From contig DATFSK010000015.1 of the NCBI GenBank assembly GCA_035262645.1, positions 22,729 to 86,728 on the forward strand: 64,000 nucleotides of DNA. Direction: 5' to 3'. Source of the stretch: Terriglobales bacterium. Lineage in GTDB: Bacteria > Acidobacteriota > Terriglobia > Terriglobales > Acidobacteriaceae. Shown piece after piece: positions 29,479-39,610 of this stretch. The notes below the pieces were generated by a model. It was not told the DNA's origin. It did no database searches and was given only the letters and a program-made list of their open reading frames with translations. The position numbers and the translations under genes are program-made. Position 1 is the first letter of the stretch. Each line of letters starts with the position of its first letter.

Positions 29479-29547
29479 GCGCCTATTTTGTTGCGCCGGT
29501 CTCCAGACCGGCTGTATCGCAGACCTCTGGATCCGCGATCAAAGTTC

Positions 29548-30666
29548 CTAGCCCGCGAACGCCTTCGCCAGGAATCGCGAGATGTGCCACGCGTCCATGT
29601 ACTTGTACGGTGTCTCGCCCAGCGAATAATGCCCGCACGGCAGCGCCTTGATCGTGGTATCCAACCCGCGCCGCAAGAATTCGCCCGCCGTCTGCACGGA
29701 GAATTCGGGCAGAAACGTCAGGTCATACCGCCCATAGATCATCAGCGACTTCTTCGGCCAGCGCTTGAACTTGTCGAAGTACACGATCGGGCTGATGCAC
29801 AGCCAAACCCGGCGCAACTGCTCCTGCGTCAGCACCGGCTCCACGCCCTTGCGGATGTGCTGCGTCGACTGGCCCGTCCACACCACATCGCCGAACGCCG
29901 TCGACGCGTGGTTGAACACGTTCACGCGAATCCGTGGATCATGCGCGCTCGCCAAAAATGCGTAGCACGATCCCAGGCTCGTCCCTACAATCCCTAGCCG
30001 CGAATACCCGCGCTGCTCCAGCCAATCCATGCAGGCGCGGATGTCGGCGATACCTTGCCGCGTCGCATCGATCGTCCGTCCCACATTGGCTGACACCGCA
30101 TAGTCCGCCCGCGTAATCCCCGCAGGCCGCCGGATGTCGTGATACGGCATGCTCAGTCTCAGGGCCGCAATGCCCAGCATGTTGAACAGCCGGCACAACG
30201 CGTTCTGGCTCACCCCATCGGCGTTCCACTGCGGCAGAAGCACCACCGCGCGATGTCCATTGGCCGGAAACCAGCGCGCATTGACGCGATTGTTCTCGTG
30301 ATAAGGCGACGGCACTGGCGAGGTAAAGCGCAGGAACTTGCCCCACTCGTCTTTGATCGGCTTCTTGGGAGGCTCGCTGCCGGTGTGGAAAAGTTCGACC
30401 TTCCGATGCTCGATATGAAAGTCGGCCGGCGTCTTGTACGCAAAGAACTCGTCGCTGTTGTGGATCAACTGCTCATTGACCGCGCCGAAGTACTCGACCA
30501 TCGCCGCATGGTCAGTCTGGTCCTGCGGCACGGCAACGCGACCAACCCCGGGCCACTGCGTCGTCCAATCCGCCCCCCACTCAAACGGGCGCACGACGCG
30601 ATTGTTGTCGCGCGAAGTCATGCGCGACTCCCAGTCATGGATCCAGCGGCGGTAGCGTTCTCGCAT
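29548..30666 (-). CDS. alpha/beta hydrolase family protein
   Basis: 372 aa with nucleophile elbow GTSLGS and an alpha/beta-fold pattern. Specific activity unknown. Confidence 0.7.
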   Translation of the reverse strand: MRERYRRWIHDWESRMTSRDNNRVVRPFEWGADWTTQWPGVGRVAVPQDQTDHAAMVEYFGAVNEQLIHNSDEFFAYKTPADFHIEHRKVELFHTGSEPPKKPIKDEWGKFLRFTSPVPSPYHENNRVNARWFPANGHRAVVLLPQWNADGVSQNALCRLFNMLGIAALRLSMPYHDIRRPAGITRADYAVSANVGRTIDATRQGIADIRACMDWLEQRGYSRLGIVGTSLGSCYAFLASAHDPRIRVNVFNHASTAFGDVVWTGQSTQHIRKGVEPVLTQEQLRRVWLCISPIVYFDKFKRWPKKSLMIYGRYDLTFLPEFSVQTAGEFLRRGLDTTIKALPCGHYSLGETPYKYMDAWHISRFLAKAFAG

Positions 30667-31044
30667 CTGAGAGGATGTTATCGCGCCGGGCAGTCAATCA
30701 CAGAGGGCACGCCAATAAACACGGGCATTTCCACGCCGAACGGCGCTCACGCGCACTGAGTGGAAACTGAAAATACCGCCGCGGGCTGCACATCATGCTG
30801 AACTCCCATGACCCAGAGGTTGTATCCCCCTCCTACCCTCAGGGGATGTCCACAACTCCCGCCTCGGCTACTCTGCCCCCATGCAACTCATACAGATTGG
30901 GGAAATCAGACAGAAGACGGTTCTCGACCTGGTGCAAGAGATGGCCGCACGCCAGCTCGCCGAGATCGATCAGCTCAAAGCTAACGCACAGAAGCGCGCC
31001 AACGACCGTTCTCATCGCCGTCGCCGGCGCTGCACGGCCGCGCG

Positions 31045-32715
31045 TTAATGGCCCTTGCCGATCTTGTTCTCCAGGATTGAAGTGTCCTGCTTCTTCGTGG
31101 TGGGCAGCACGGTGTACTTGGGATCGCTATACGTCCCGCCAATCTTCAGAGTAACAATCGACCCCTGCTGCTTCTTCGCCGAAGTCAACGGCTGAATAAC
31201 CTTCAACAAGAACGATTTCACCCCGGTGGTCGCCTTCGACAGCTGCGTCTCGAGGTGCATATACCCTTGCAGATCGATGTCTTCGTTTTTTAGATTGTAG
31301 GTGCCGTTGACGTGTGCCGTAGCCCCGGGCACATCGAAGGAGACGTCGCTCAGATGCGCCACTCCCTCGCGTAGCGCGACATGACCTTTGATATTCGACA
31401 GCACTCGTCCGGGATCATAGCTGTCATTCCCGCGCCTGTCGTTCTCATCCTCCACTTCATCGGCCTTGCCTCGCGCGCGCGCGCTCAGCACATCGATATC
31501 TTTCTGCGTTTCAGGATGCGGGTATTGTGCCCCCGAAATTCCGAAGTCGCCCTCCAGGCGAATTTTGTCGATGAACGGCCGGTCGTCAGGCGGAAACGTC
31601 GCCTTGGCGCGGAAGATGATCGGTCCCGACATCGCCGGCTTCTTATCGTTCACGAATAGCCATAGCAGATCCTGTACGCGAGCATGATCCGAATACAACT
31701 GCAGTGCGGCGGTCTTGCCCTTGGCGTTTCCCTCTGACTCGATTGGGCCAGCCGCGACCACGGTTGTACGCCCAAACTGCGCCGTAACCGACTCGAGCAC
31801 CACGTCTCCATTCAGTCCATCAACAAGGGCCTTGTAATGCGTCACCAGATGCAGCGGATGGCCGCTTCTCGTCACCTGGAAGTCCGGCGTATTCGTGGCA
31901 CCCTGCACCGTGATGTGCTGCAGCAGGCCATCGAAGCTGCCCTTCGACGCCAATGTTCCCGCAATCCCGTGAAACACTCCCAGGTTCATACGCTCGACGT
32001 CATAGGTGCCGGACATGATCGTCTGTCCAGCGGCGCCGGGTCTCACCGGACTGAACTTTCCTTCAACGAAGATCTCTGCCGGGGGCAGGGGCAGAAAAAT
32101 CGTCGCGCGATACAGCAACGGCTGTCCTTGCACCAAATTGTGCAGCGCGAGCTTAGGAATGCGATACACCAGAGGCTGCTTGCCCGCCTTGTCGGGCAAG
32201 AACTCAACTTCGGCGCCGTCGGCAATGATCTTGCCAATCGTCACGCCCACTCCCAATTTGCCAAGCTCGACCGGCAATAGCGCCGCTCCGCTCGTCTCCG
32301 ACTGCGCTTGCGAGCTCCCTTTCGCCGGGATCGTGATGTGGATGCGCTCCGCGCGAACAAGGGTGATGTGGTGAAAGAGCAGCGTGTGATAGCTGCCCAT
32401 GATTCTGAGCTTGTCGATCGTCGCGAGCGACGGGCCCGGCGTACTGCCACGACGAAACGTCACGCCTTGCGCAATACAGCCGGGATGAGGAAAGTAAATC
32501 CGCTGAAACCTGGCAATTTGGACTGTGCTGCCCGATTGCTGTTGCAACGCCTGCGCTACCGCATTTCGTGTGAATGGCCAGTTCACTACAGTCAGAATGG
32601 CGAGTACGATGACCGCAACAACGATGACAGCAGCCGCAATCGCCATCCAGCGCCAGCGTCGTACTGGACGGCCGGCAACACTCGCGGATTGGCGTTCCTC
32701 AATCTGTAGCGGCAT
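31045..32715 (-). CDS. AsmA family protein
   Basis: Internal Met MPLQIEERQ, an N-terminal TM anchor (WMAIAAAVIVVAVIVLAILTVV), then a long beta-rich AsmA-like region. Confidence 0.6.
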   Translation of the reverse strand: MPLQIEERQSASVAGRPVRRWRWMAIAAAVIVVAVIVLAILTVVNWPFTRNAVAQALQQQSGSTVQIARFQRIYFPHPGCIAQGVTFRRGSTPGPSLATIDKLRIMGSYHTLLFHHITLVRAERIHITIPAKGSSQAQSETSGAALLPVELGKLGVGVTIGKIIADGAEVEFLPDKAGKQPLVYRIPKLALHNLVQGQPLLYRATIFLPLPPAEIFVEGKFSPVRPGAAGQTIMSGTYDVERMNLGVFHGIAGTLASKGSFDGLLQHITVQGATNTPDFQVTRSGHPLHLVTHYKALVDGLNGDVVLESVTAQFGRTTVVAAGPIESEGNAKGKTAALQLYSDHARVQDLLWLFVNDKKPAMSGPIIFRAKATFPPDDRPFIDKIRLEGDFGISGAQYPHPETQKDIDVLSARARGKADEVEDENDRRGNDSYDPGRVLSNIKGHVALREGVAHLSDVSFDVPGATAHVNGTYNLKNEDIDLQGYMHLETQLSKATTGVKSFLLKVIQPLTSAKKQQGSIVTLKIGGTYSDPKYTVLPTTKKQDTSILENKIGKGH

Positions 32716-33030
32716 TGCAGTGAGTTCCTTGCGCAAGGACCGCGCGCGAAGGCTGATGTCTTTTAGGATGGCGCGTCCGTGACATCGGTTTTCCGCGTGA
32801 GGCCTTTCTCGGCGCACGAATTTCACCCTCCGCATCACGCCGTGACCTTAGACTTTCATCTTCTGTACTCACAGATGCCTAAGTAGAAATTTCGGCCACA
32901 GATCAGTCATTGATGGGGAACCCCGCTCGTGTTCCCGCTCCTATACTCGTCGCGTACGACCCAAGTTCTGTGCAGGCACATTTTCATCGCGCGCCGCTGA
33001 TGTATTTGCTGCGTCCGCCGGAGTCCTTGG

Positions 33031-34389
33031 ATGTCGAGAATTTACGCCGCTTCCTGCGTGGCCGTTACGCTAAGCCTCGCATTCTCTATTCACGCCGCCA
33101 ATTACAATCAGGTCATCCCAAACACCACGCTCACGGCTCAGACCACCAACAACACTTCAGCTGCTGATACGTTCCCCGGATGCGAGATCACCACCGTCAC
33201 CAACGGCCAATGCGTCGACAATGGCAACCTCGCTGCCAGCAACGTCAGCAAGGTCAACGTCCATACTTTGCTTTCGGAAACGCAACAGGGAGCGAAGATC
33301 TACACCACGTACATTCCGTACTGGGTCCACGGGACGCATCCAAACATCGGCTACAGCTCCAGCGATCCCGCGCAGGTCACGCGATAGATCACCGACCTGA
33401 CGAGCCGAGGCTTCGATGGCGTACTGGTGGATTGGTACGGTCCGGGCAGCTACGAGGAGAGCGCGACCGAGATTCTGAAGACACAGATCGAGCAGCAGTC
33501 CATACTCGACTTCGCGCTGATGATCGACCAGGGCGCCATCGAGTGGCACTCCTGCTATCCCACTTGTTCGGCCACACAGGCGCTGCTGAACATCATTGCC
33601 TACGCGCGCCAGCAGGGCTACTTCAGCTCACCAGCGGCCATTCGCAACAGCGACGGCAAAAGCATCGTTGTGCAATTTGGCATGGGGTCTTACAATATCA
33701 ACTGGTCGACGATCGAGAACCAGAACTCGGACCTGGAGTGGATCTTCCAGAACGCCAGTAGCTTTACGAACGCCTACACGATCGGCGCCTTCGGCTGGCT
33801 TTCGCCGAAGAATCCGCTGCAGGACGGCTACGAGGGCCTGGACTACACGCAGTACTTCGAGTCCATCGCCGGCCAGTACCCATCGAAGAAGAACTGGGCG
33901 TCCACGTGGAAGGGCTTCGACGACACCGTCGCGAGCTGGTCGCCGCCCGGCGGCCGCCACATCCAGCAGTTGTGCGGCAAGACCTGGTTCGACTCCTGGG
34001 GCGCGGTGCGCGCCTACACTGGCCGCCTCGATGCCGTGCAGGTTGTTACCTGGCACGACTACGAAGAAGGCACCGAGGTCCAGACCGGCATCGACAACTG
34101 CCTCAGCATCTCGGCCAGCATGAGTGGCAATACGCTGAGCTGGAGCGTGCCGGATGAATCGACGCTCGATCACTATACCGCTTACATCTCGACCGATGGC
34201 CAGAACCTGATGTCGCTGGGCGACTACTACGTCGGCACGAACTCCCTGGACCTGTCGCAGTTCAACTTTGATTCGGGAGTGTATCGGGTGTTCGTTCAGG
34301 CGGTAGGCAAACCGAGCGTCAAAAACCAGATGTCAAACGGCGCGCTTTACAGGATTGTCAGGCGGCTGCCGATCACAAACGCCAATTAG
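33031..34389 (+). pseudogene. secreted glycoside-hydrolase-like protein interrupted by a single in-frame TAG (33385..33387)
   Basis: Track ORFs 33031..33387 and 33427..34389 are in the same frame. Reading through gives ...SSSDPAQVTR*ITDLTSRGFDGVLVDWYGPGSYEE..., so the stop falls inside a continuous domain. Signal peptide at the N-terminus and a beta-sandwich-like C-terminus. The family assignment (GH71/GH99-like) is tentative. Confidence 0.65.
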
Positions 34390-34472
34390 AGGCCGCTGCC
34401 TCGGCTGATCGGAACATTGCTTTCAGGTAGTGCTGTGGGGGTCGGCCAACAACCGGGCGCTGCCTGCAGTTG

Positions 34473-34518
34473 GGTTTCAGTCGTGCGAATCATCAACCAG
34501 TGACGCACGACTGAAACC
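34473..34518. other. perfect 15-bp stem / 16-nt loop hairpin
   Basis: GGTTTCAGTCGTGCG-aatcatcaaccagtga-CGCACGACTGAAACC, in a convergent spacer. Confidence 0.6.
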
Positions 34519-34613
34519 TGTTGTCCTTTGTCCCGGCCACACCGCACTCCCAGCCGCTTAGCGCTGGCAAGCACAGCGATCCAGGTATTGTGAGAAAGTT
34601 GCTGCTTACCAGA

Positions 34614-34648
34614 CCCTGGCCACTAGCCACTAGCCACTAGCCACTGCT
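34614..34648. repeat. 7-nt-period tandem array (CCACTAG-type)x5, overlapping hom stop codon
   Basis: ccctggc cactagc cactagc cactagc cactgct. The hom TAG stop (34630-34632, minus strand) lies inside the array. Confidence 0.8.
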
Positions 34649-35646
34649 TTTACAAAATCCGCCAGCAATCCATACGCCGTGGTCATTAACGTCGGATCCT
34701 TCTCGGTGATGATCAGCTCCGGCAGCACATCGGTTTCGAAACTGATCATCGACGATGTCCCCTTCACCTGTGCCAAAGGATCCTCCAGGCGCAACCGCTG
34801 CGGCCTCACCTCGGCCGTGATGCTCCCCTCGGCTGACCGTCGCGCGCTGCATACCAGCTTCCATGCGTTGCCGTTCGCGCCCGCCTCCCGCAGTTGATCC
34901 GCTGTGATGCCGCGAATGCCCTGGCGCCGCACATCACCGATCTTCAGTTCGGCATCCATCAGTACATTCGCCAGCGCGACCACCTTCACTGCCGCATCCA
35001 CGCCCTCGATGTCGTCGGTCGGATCGCTTTCCGCGACTCCCAGTGCCTGCGCCTGGCGCACCGCGTCATCAAAAGTCATCCCCGATTCCATGCCTTCCAG
35101 GATCACATTGGTCGTGGAATTGAGCACCCCGCGAAAGGCGCGAATCTCCACTGCCGGCATGGTCTCGCGAAACAGCGAAAAGATCGGCACGCCATCCATC
35201 ACCGCCGACTCAAAGAGAAACCTGCGCCCCTTCGCGGCCGCCAGTTCGGTCAGCTCACGATAGGCGTGGATGACGGGCCCCTTGTTGGCGCTGATCGCGT
35301 GTGCGCCCATTTCCAGCGCCGCACGAATGTGATCGATGGCGGGCTGCCCGCTTGCCGCATTTAGGGAACTCATTTCAAACAGGGCATCAGCCTCGCCAGA
35401 CTTTAGCCACTCGCGAACATCCCCAGCCCTCTCACCTTCGGAGACATCGCCCCCCATCAGCTTCTCCGGCGTGAACCCATCGCGAGCTACCAGCCAGCCC
35501 AGCCGCCGCGACGCTACTCCGGTCAGCCGCCATGCGATCCCGTACTTGTTTCTGAGCTCCTGCCGTTTTTCCAGAAGCAGAGCGACGAACGCCCGCCCCA
35601 CATTCCCCAAGCCAACGATGCATAGGTTGTGCGTGCAAATATCCAT
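34630..35646 (-). CDS. hom: homoserine dehydrogenase (no ACT domain)
   Basis: 338 aa. NAD-binding GLGNVGRAF, with ANKGPV and LNSTTNVIL motifs. Confidence 0.85.
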   Translation of the reverse strand: MDICTHNLCIVGLGNVGRAFVALLLEKRQELRNKYGIAWRLTGVASRRLGWLVARDGFTPEKLMGGDVSEGERAGDVREWLKSGEADALFEMSSLNAASGQPAIDHIRAALEMGAHAISANKGPVIHAYRELTELAAAKGRRFLFESAVMDGVPIFSLFRETMPAVEIRAFRGVLNSTTNVILEGMESGMTFDDAVRQAQALGVAESDPTDDIEGVDAAVKVVALANVLMDAELKIGDVRRQGIRGITADQLREAGANGNAWKLVCSARRSAEGSITAEVRPQRLRLEDPLAQVKGTSSMISFETDVLPELIITEKDPTLMTTAYGLLADFVKAVASG

Positions 35647-35991
35647 TTTGTCTGGACACTTCAGGGCAGCTCGATTGTAAACACGGCATCCGCTCCCAAC
35701 CTACCGGCCAAACGCGCCCCCCACTCGATTTCCGCTCGTTTTTCGTACCCCGGCCGCCGCCTTCTGCATCCATTCTGGTGAAGCTGGTCACGCCCGGGCA
35801 GCCGTCACAAAATTCGCTGGCGTCGGCGGGGCGAGCCTCGGATATAATCACGAGTTAAACTGAATACGGAATGCTGCCGATCTCTCGACCCTCGCCGACC
35901 AACATCAACGTGGATTGCCATCTGCTTGCATCAGCCACGGCCCCGCAGCAAAAAAGATTTGTACTCACTCCGCTTTTCAAGGAGCTTCGGA

Positions 35992-36936
35992 ATGGCCATT
36001 AAAGCAAGTGAATTCGTTTGGCACAACGGTCACCTGGTCCCCTGGGATGACGCCAAGATCCACGTCATGTCGCACGTGGTCAATTACGGCTCGTCGGTGT
36101 TCGAGGGCATCCGTTGCTACCACACGGCAAAGGGGCCCGCGATCTTCCGCCTGCGGGACCACATGCTTCGCCTGCTGCAATCGAGCAAGGTCTACCGCAT
36201 CGACGTCGACTACTCGCTCGACGAGCTGGTGCGGGCAACCGTGGACCTGGTCGCCGCCAACAAGGTCGCGCCCTGCTACATCCGCCCCATCGTGCTGCGC
36301 GGATACGGCCAGGTCGGCGTCAACCCGTTCAACTCGCCAACCGAGGTTTACATTGCCAACTACGAGTGGGGCAAATATCTCGGCAGCCCCGACTCCGACG
36401 ACGGCGTCGACGTCTGCGTCTCCTCCTGGACGCGCCTTGCTCCCAACACCTTGCCGACCATGGCCAAGGCCGGCGCGAATTACATGAACTCGCAGCTCAT
36501 CAAGATGGAAGCCATCGTCAATGGTTATGCTGAAGGCATCGCCCTCGACGTCAACGGCTACGTCAGCGAAGGCTCGGGCGAGAACGTCTTCGTCGTACAC
36601 AAAGACCGCATCTACACTCCGCCGCTCGGCACCAGCGTGTTGCCCGGCATCACCCGCAACTCGGTGTTGCACATCGCGCATGAGCTCGGCATTCCCGTGA
36701 TCGAGCAGATCATTCCGCGCGAGATGCTTTACATCTGCGACGAGCTCTTCTTCAGCGGAACGGCAGCGGAGATCACGCCGATCCGCTCGGTCGACAAGAT
36801 CACCGTCGGCCGCGGCGTCGCCGGCCCGATTACGAAAGCCGTGCGCAAGGAGTTCTACGGCATCGTAAACGGCGTTGCCGAAGACCGCTTCGGCTGGATG
36901 ACGAGTGTCCCAATCAAGCAGCCTGTCAGCGTGTAA
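35992..36936 (+). CDS. ilvE: branched-chain amino acid aminotransferase
   Basis: Internal Met with AAGGAG SD. The class IV aminotransferase pattern is SSVFEGIRCY, ANYMNSQLIKMEA, EGSGENVFVV. Confidence 0.9.
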   Translation: MAIKASEFVWHNGHLVPWDDAKIHVMSHVVNYGSSVFEGIRCYHTAKGPAIFRLRDHMLRLLQSSKVYRIDVDYSLDELVRATVDLVAANKVAPCYIRPIVLRGYGQVGVNPFNSPTEVYIANYEWGKYLGSPDSDDGVDVCVSSWTRLAPNTLPTMAKAGANYMNSQLIKMEAIVNGYAEGIALDVNGYVSEGSGENVFVVHKDRIYTPPLGTSVLPGITRNSVLHIAHELGIPVIEQIIPREMLYICDELFFSGTAAEITPIRSVDKITVGRGVAGPITKAVRKEFYGIVNGVAEDRFGWMTSVPIKQPVSV

Positions 36937-36956
36937 GCGAAATCGGTGCAAAAGAG

Positions 36957-36983
36957 AAGGGCGCAAGCAATTGCGCCCTTTTT
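36957..36983 (+). terminator. rho-independent terminator after ilvE
   Basis: AAGGGCGCAA-GCAA-TTGCGCCCTT (10-bp stem, GNRA loop) followed by TTT. An A-rich upstream flank makes it potentially bidirectional. Confidence 0.75.
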
Positions 36984-37068
36984 CATGCATGCGTAACGAA
37001 ATACCTGGGTGAAGCGGAACGTTCCCGCAGCTTTCGAAGTCCCGTCTTTCAACAATGCTGCCTGATCA

Positions 37069-37617
37069 TCAGGCTTGAACTCGCCGGTCCGGCCGCCAAT
37101 CCTGCCACGGAAGGGCGATGCCGTTGAACCGCAGATACGCGATCATCTGGCCCATGTGTTCATGGGTGTGCGACAGCAGGCGGAGGTAGGCGCGTCGCAC
37201 CGTTGTGTCTTCGCCGAAGAAACGCAGCCGCCTTTCAAGCTCTGCATCGCCGGCTTCGGTGAAGGACTGCGACACCTTCTGCAGCGACCGTTTCAACAAC
37301 GTTACGATGGCATCCTTCTCGCGCATGCTTGCCGCCAAGCCGTCATTCCTGCGGATGAGCCCCGTAAATCTCGCCTCCCCCTCGGGCGGAAGGCCGGCGT
37401 ACAAGTCCGCAGGAGCAGCTACGCCGATCACATCGAGAAGCATGAAGTTGCCGGTCGCCACGTGGACGAACACCTCGCCGATTGAGCGCGCCTTCGCCGC
37501 CGGGCGCCAGTCGTACTGGCCGGCGGGAATGCATTCCGCCATGGCGACCGTCTGCCGCTCGGCAATTTCCAGCTCCCACAGGAACTCACCGCGAAAACCC
37601 GCAATGCGCGTTGTCAT
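37069..37617 (-). CDS. DinB family protein
   Basis: 182 aa with a DinB-like four-helix pattern and His residues (FVHVATGN, SHTHEHMGQMIAY). Confidence 0.75.
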   Translation of the reverse strand: MTTRIAGFRGEFLWELEIAERQTVAMAECIPAGQYDWRPAAKARSIGEVFVHVATGNFMLLDVIGVAAPADLYAGLPPEGEARFTGLIRRNDGLAASMREKDAIVTLLKRSLQKVSQSFTEAGDAELERRLRFFGEDTTVRRAYLRLLSHTHEHMGQMIAYLRFNGIALPWQDWRPDRRVQA

Positions 37618-38124
37618 GCAACCAAGAATACAACCGCAAAAGCCGATCAGAATCCTACTAAGCTACCCTGGCCTTCCCGGGCAAGGAGGGACGGGCCTCC
37701 GACAAAATTTGCAGAGTTGGCGGCTACAGGGACCATATAAAGACCAAGGCCATTCCACAGAGATGCCGACTTAAGTGCCGGTGCGGCTTAGGGTTCCGGT
37801 TACACGGTTTCGGAAGGCCTCTGGGCCTGCAAGGGCGAATTTGCAGGAGCCAAAAGGCTTGCTGTTTTGCGAGCTGAGACAGATTGTAATTATCAGTAAG
37901 TTAACACCACGTTAGATGTAGTAATTTACGACATAAGCGCTATAGACTTTGGGACTAAGGCTCGCCTACACTTTTCCGCAATTGTTCAGGGCATCATGGT
38001 GCACTCGGTTATTGGCCGTTGATGCCCGAACGGGGATCCCGCATTGAATTAGGCATCGCTTGCCTTAGCTGGCCGCTGTTCAAGGCGCGATGCGCTCGAG
38101 ATTCGTTCGCGCGGAGGCGTCACT

Positions 38125-39429
38125 GTGAAAAGTTTGTTTCTGGCCGTTCGTCTATCTCTCACCCGACAACTCAATCAATTTGGCAGAGGCGAAGAAGGTC
38201 AAGCGCTGGTGCTCACGGCTCTTGGACTGCTGGTTCTGCTGCTCATGGCTGGACTTGGTGTCGATGTCGGCTACCTGCGTTATCAGAAGCAACAAATGCA
38301 GAAAGCCGCGGATGCCGGCGCCATAGCCGGCGCCTCCGCCATGATCTACGACGGCTCGAGCTCGCCTAACATCACTACCGCTGCTCAGGCCGACGCCGCT
38401 GCCAACGGATACACCAACGGCACGAACGGCATCTCGGTGCAGGTGAACGTGCCGCCGCAGACCCCAGGCGATCCCTTCCAGGGCAAAGACAACTACGTGG
38501 AAGTAATCGTCGCGCAGACGCGCCCGACGTTCTTCATGCGCGTGGGCGGCTTCGACAACGTTTATGTCCGCAGCCGCGCGATCGCGTCCTCGGTGGGCAG
38601 CTCCGACGGTTGCATCTATGCCCTGGATCCTGTCGACAAGAAGACCTTCTTGATCAACGGTAACGTGGGTATCAGCTCCAATTGCGGCATCCTGGTGAAC
38701 TCCAGCGACGGTGACGCGCTGCACAAGAATGGCGTCAGCGGGACTGTTGACGCCAGCTCCATTGGTGTTGTCGGTGGCTATAGCGGCTCTGGATTCAATC
38801 CCACGCCGGTCGCCGGCATCGCGCCTTTCACCGATCCTCTGGCCTCGGTGCAAGCTCCTACCGATTACCCGACCACGTGTGACTCTGCCCACACCAACGT
38901 CGTCATCAACAACAACAACAACCTACAAAACCTCACTCAAGGTACCTATTGCGGCGGCATCACCATAGGCGGCAACGCGAATGTCACCTTCGGCGCCGGT
39001 ACCTACGTTCTACTTGGTGGAGGACTGACGGTCACTGGCGGGGCGACAATAACCGGCGGCGGCGTCACCTTCTACAACACTGGAAATTCGACATACCCCT
39101 ATGCGCCAATCAAAGTAGCTGGTTCCTCCAGCACGACCCTCACCGCTCCCAGCGCTGGCCCGCTGGCCGGAATCCTCTTCTTCCAGGACCGCTCCATAAC
39201 GGACCACACGTTACTGAACACCATCAACGGTTCCAATGGAGCGATTTACACCGGTGTTCTCTATTTCCCGACCACGCCTTTGCGGTACACCGGCACGCCG
39301 GTGAACAATGCCTACGAGATCATCATCGCGTGGACGCTGGAATTCAACGGGAATACCACAATTACGAACCATTACACGACGCTGCCGAACGGCGCATCGC
39401 CGATCCAAAGCGCAGTGCTGGTGGAGTAG
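38125..39429 (+). CDS. TadG/TadE-like (Tad_N) putative pilus-assembly protein
   Basis: GTG start. N-terminus RGEEGQALVLTALGLLVLLLMAGLGVDVGYLRYQKQQMQKAADAGAIAGA is typical of Tad_N. The C-terminus is Gly/Thr-rich and beta-helix-like. Confidence 0.75.
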   Translation: MKSLFLAVRLSLTRQLNQFGRGEEGQALVLTALGLLVLLLMAGLGVDVGYLRYQKQQMQKAADAGAIAGASAMIYDGSSSPNITTAAQADAAANGYTNGTNGISVQVNVPPQTPGDPFQGKDNYVEVIVAQTRPTFFMRVGGFDNVYVRSRAIASSVGSSDGCIYALDPVDKKTFLINGNVGISSNCGILVNSSDGDALHKNGVSGTVDASSIGVVGGYSGSGFNPTPVAGIAPFTDPLASVQAPTDYPTTCDSAHTNVVINNNNNLQNLTQGTYCGGITIGGNANVTFGAGTYVLLGGGLTVTGGATITGGGVTFYNTGNSTYPYAPIKVAGSSSTTLTAPSAGPLAGILFFQDRSITDHTLLNTINGSNGAIYTGVLYFPTTPLRYTGTPVNNAYEIIIAWTLEFNGNTTITNHYTTLPNGASPIQSAVLVE

Positions 39430-39444
39430 GCGGGATTTGTAGAG

Positions 39445-39460
39445 CGGCGCTTCAGCGCCG
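39445..39460. repeat. GC-rich REP-like hairpin (CGGCGC-TTCA-GCGCCG)
   Basis: Read directly within ggatttgtagagcggcgcttcagcgccgtgtgaag. Confidence 0.4.
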
Positions 39461-39482
39461 TGTGAAGAAACGGTTTGCGATA

Positions 39483-39530
39483 CAGGCTTTCCCTCGCTGC
39501 TTAATGCTGCGGCGGAAAGCCTGAATTTTT
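39483..39530 (+). terminator. candidate terminator after TadG-like gene
   Basis: CAGGCTTTCC-21 nt-GGAAAGCCTG followed by AATTTTT. Confidence 0.5.
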
Positions 39531-39610
39531 GCGCGAGCGCCCTGGGACGCCGGGCGTGAAGGCCGGCTCTACCGGACCCGAGAATACCCGCTTCCATCGC
39601 CCGCCCTTGC

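Noticed and set aside
29495-29512. GCCGGTCT-CC-AGACCGGC palindrome between convergent genes as a terminator
   Set aside because: The loop is too tight and no U-run follows on either strand, so it is not called.
30881-31048. 55-codon ORF (MQLIQIGEIRQKTVLDLVQEMAARQLAEIDQLKANAQKRANDRSHRRRRRCTAAR); also the 119-aa track ORF 30795..31154
   Set aside because: It has no SD and an Arg-run tail typical of GC-rich noise, and its stop overlaps the convergent AsmA gene stop. The 119-aa ORF is Ser/Pro/Arg-rich junk. Neither can be supported without conservation data.
35871-36002. 43-codon upstream ORF overlapping the ilvE start as a possible ilv leader peptide
   Set aside because: It has no run of Ile/Leu/Val codons, no SD and no attenuator-like terminator.
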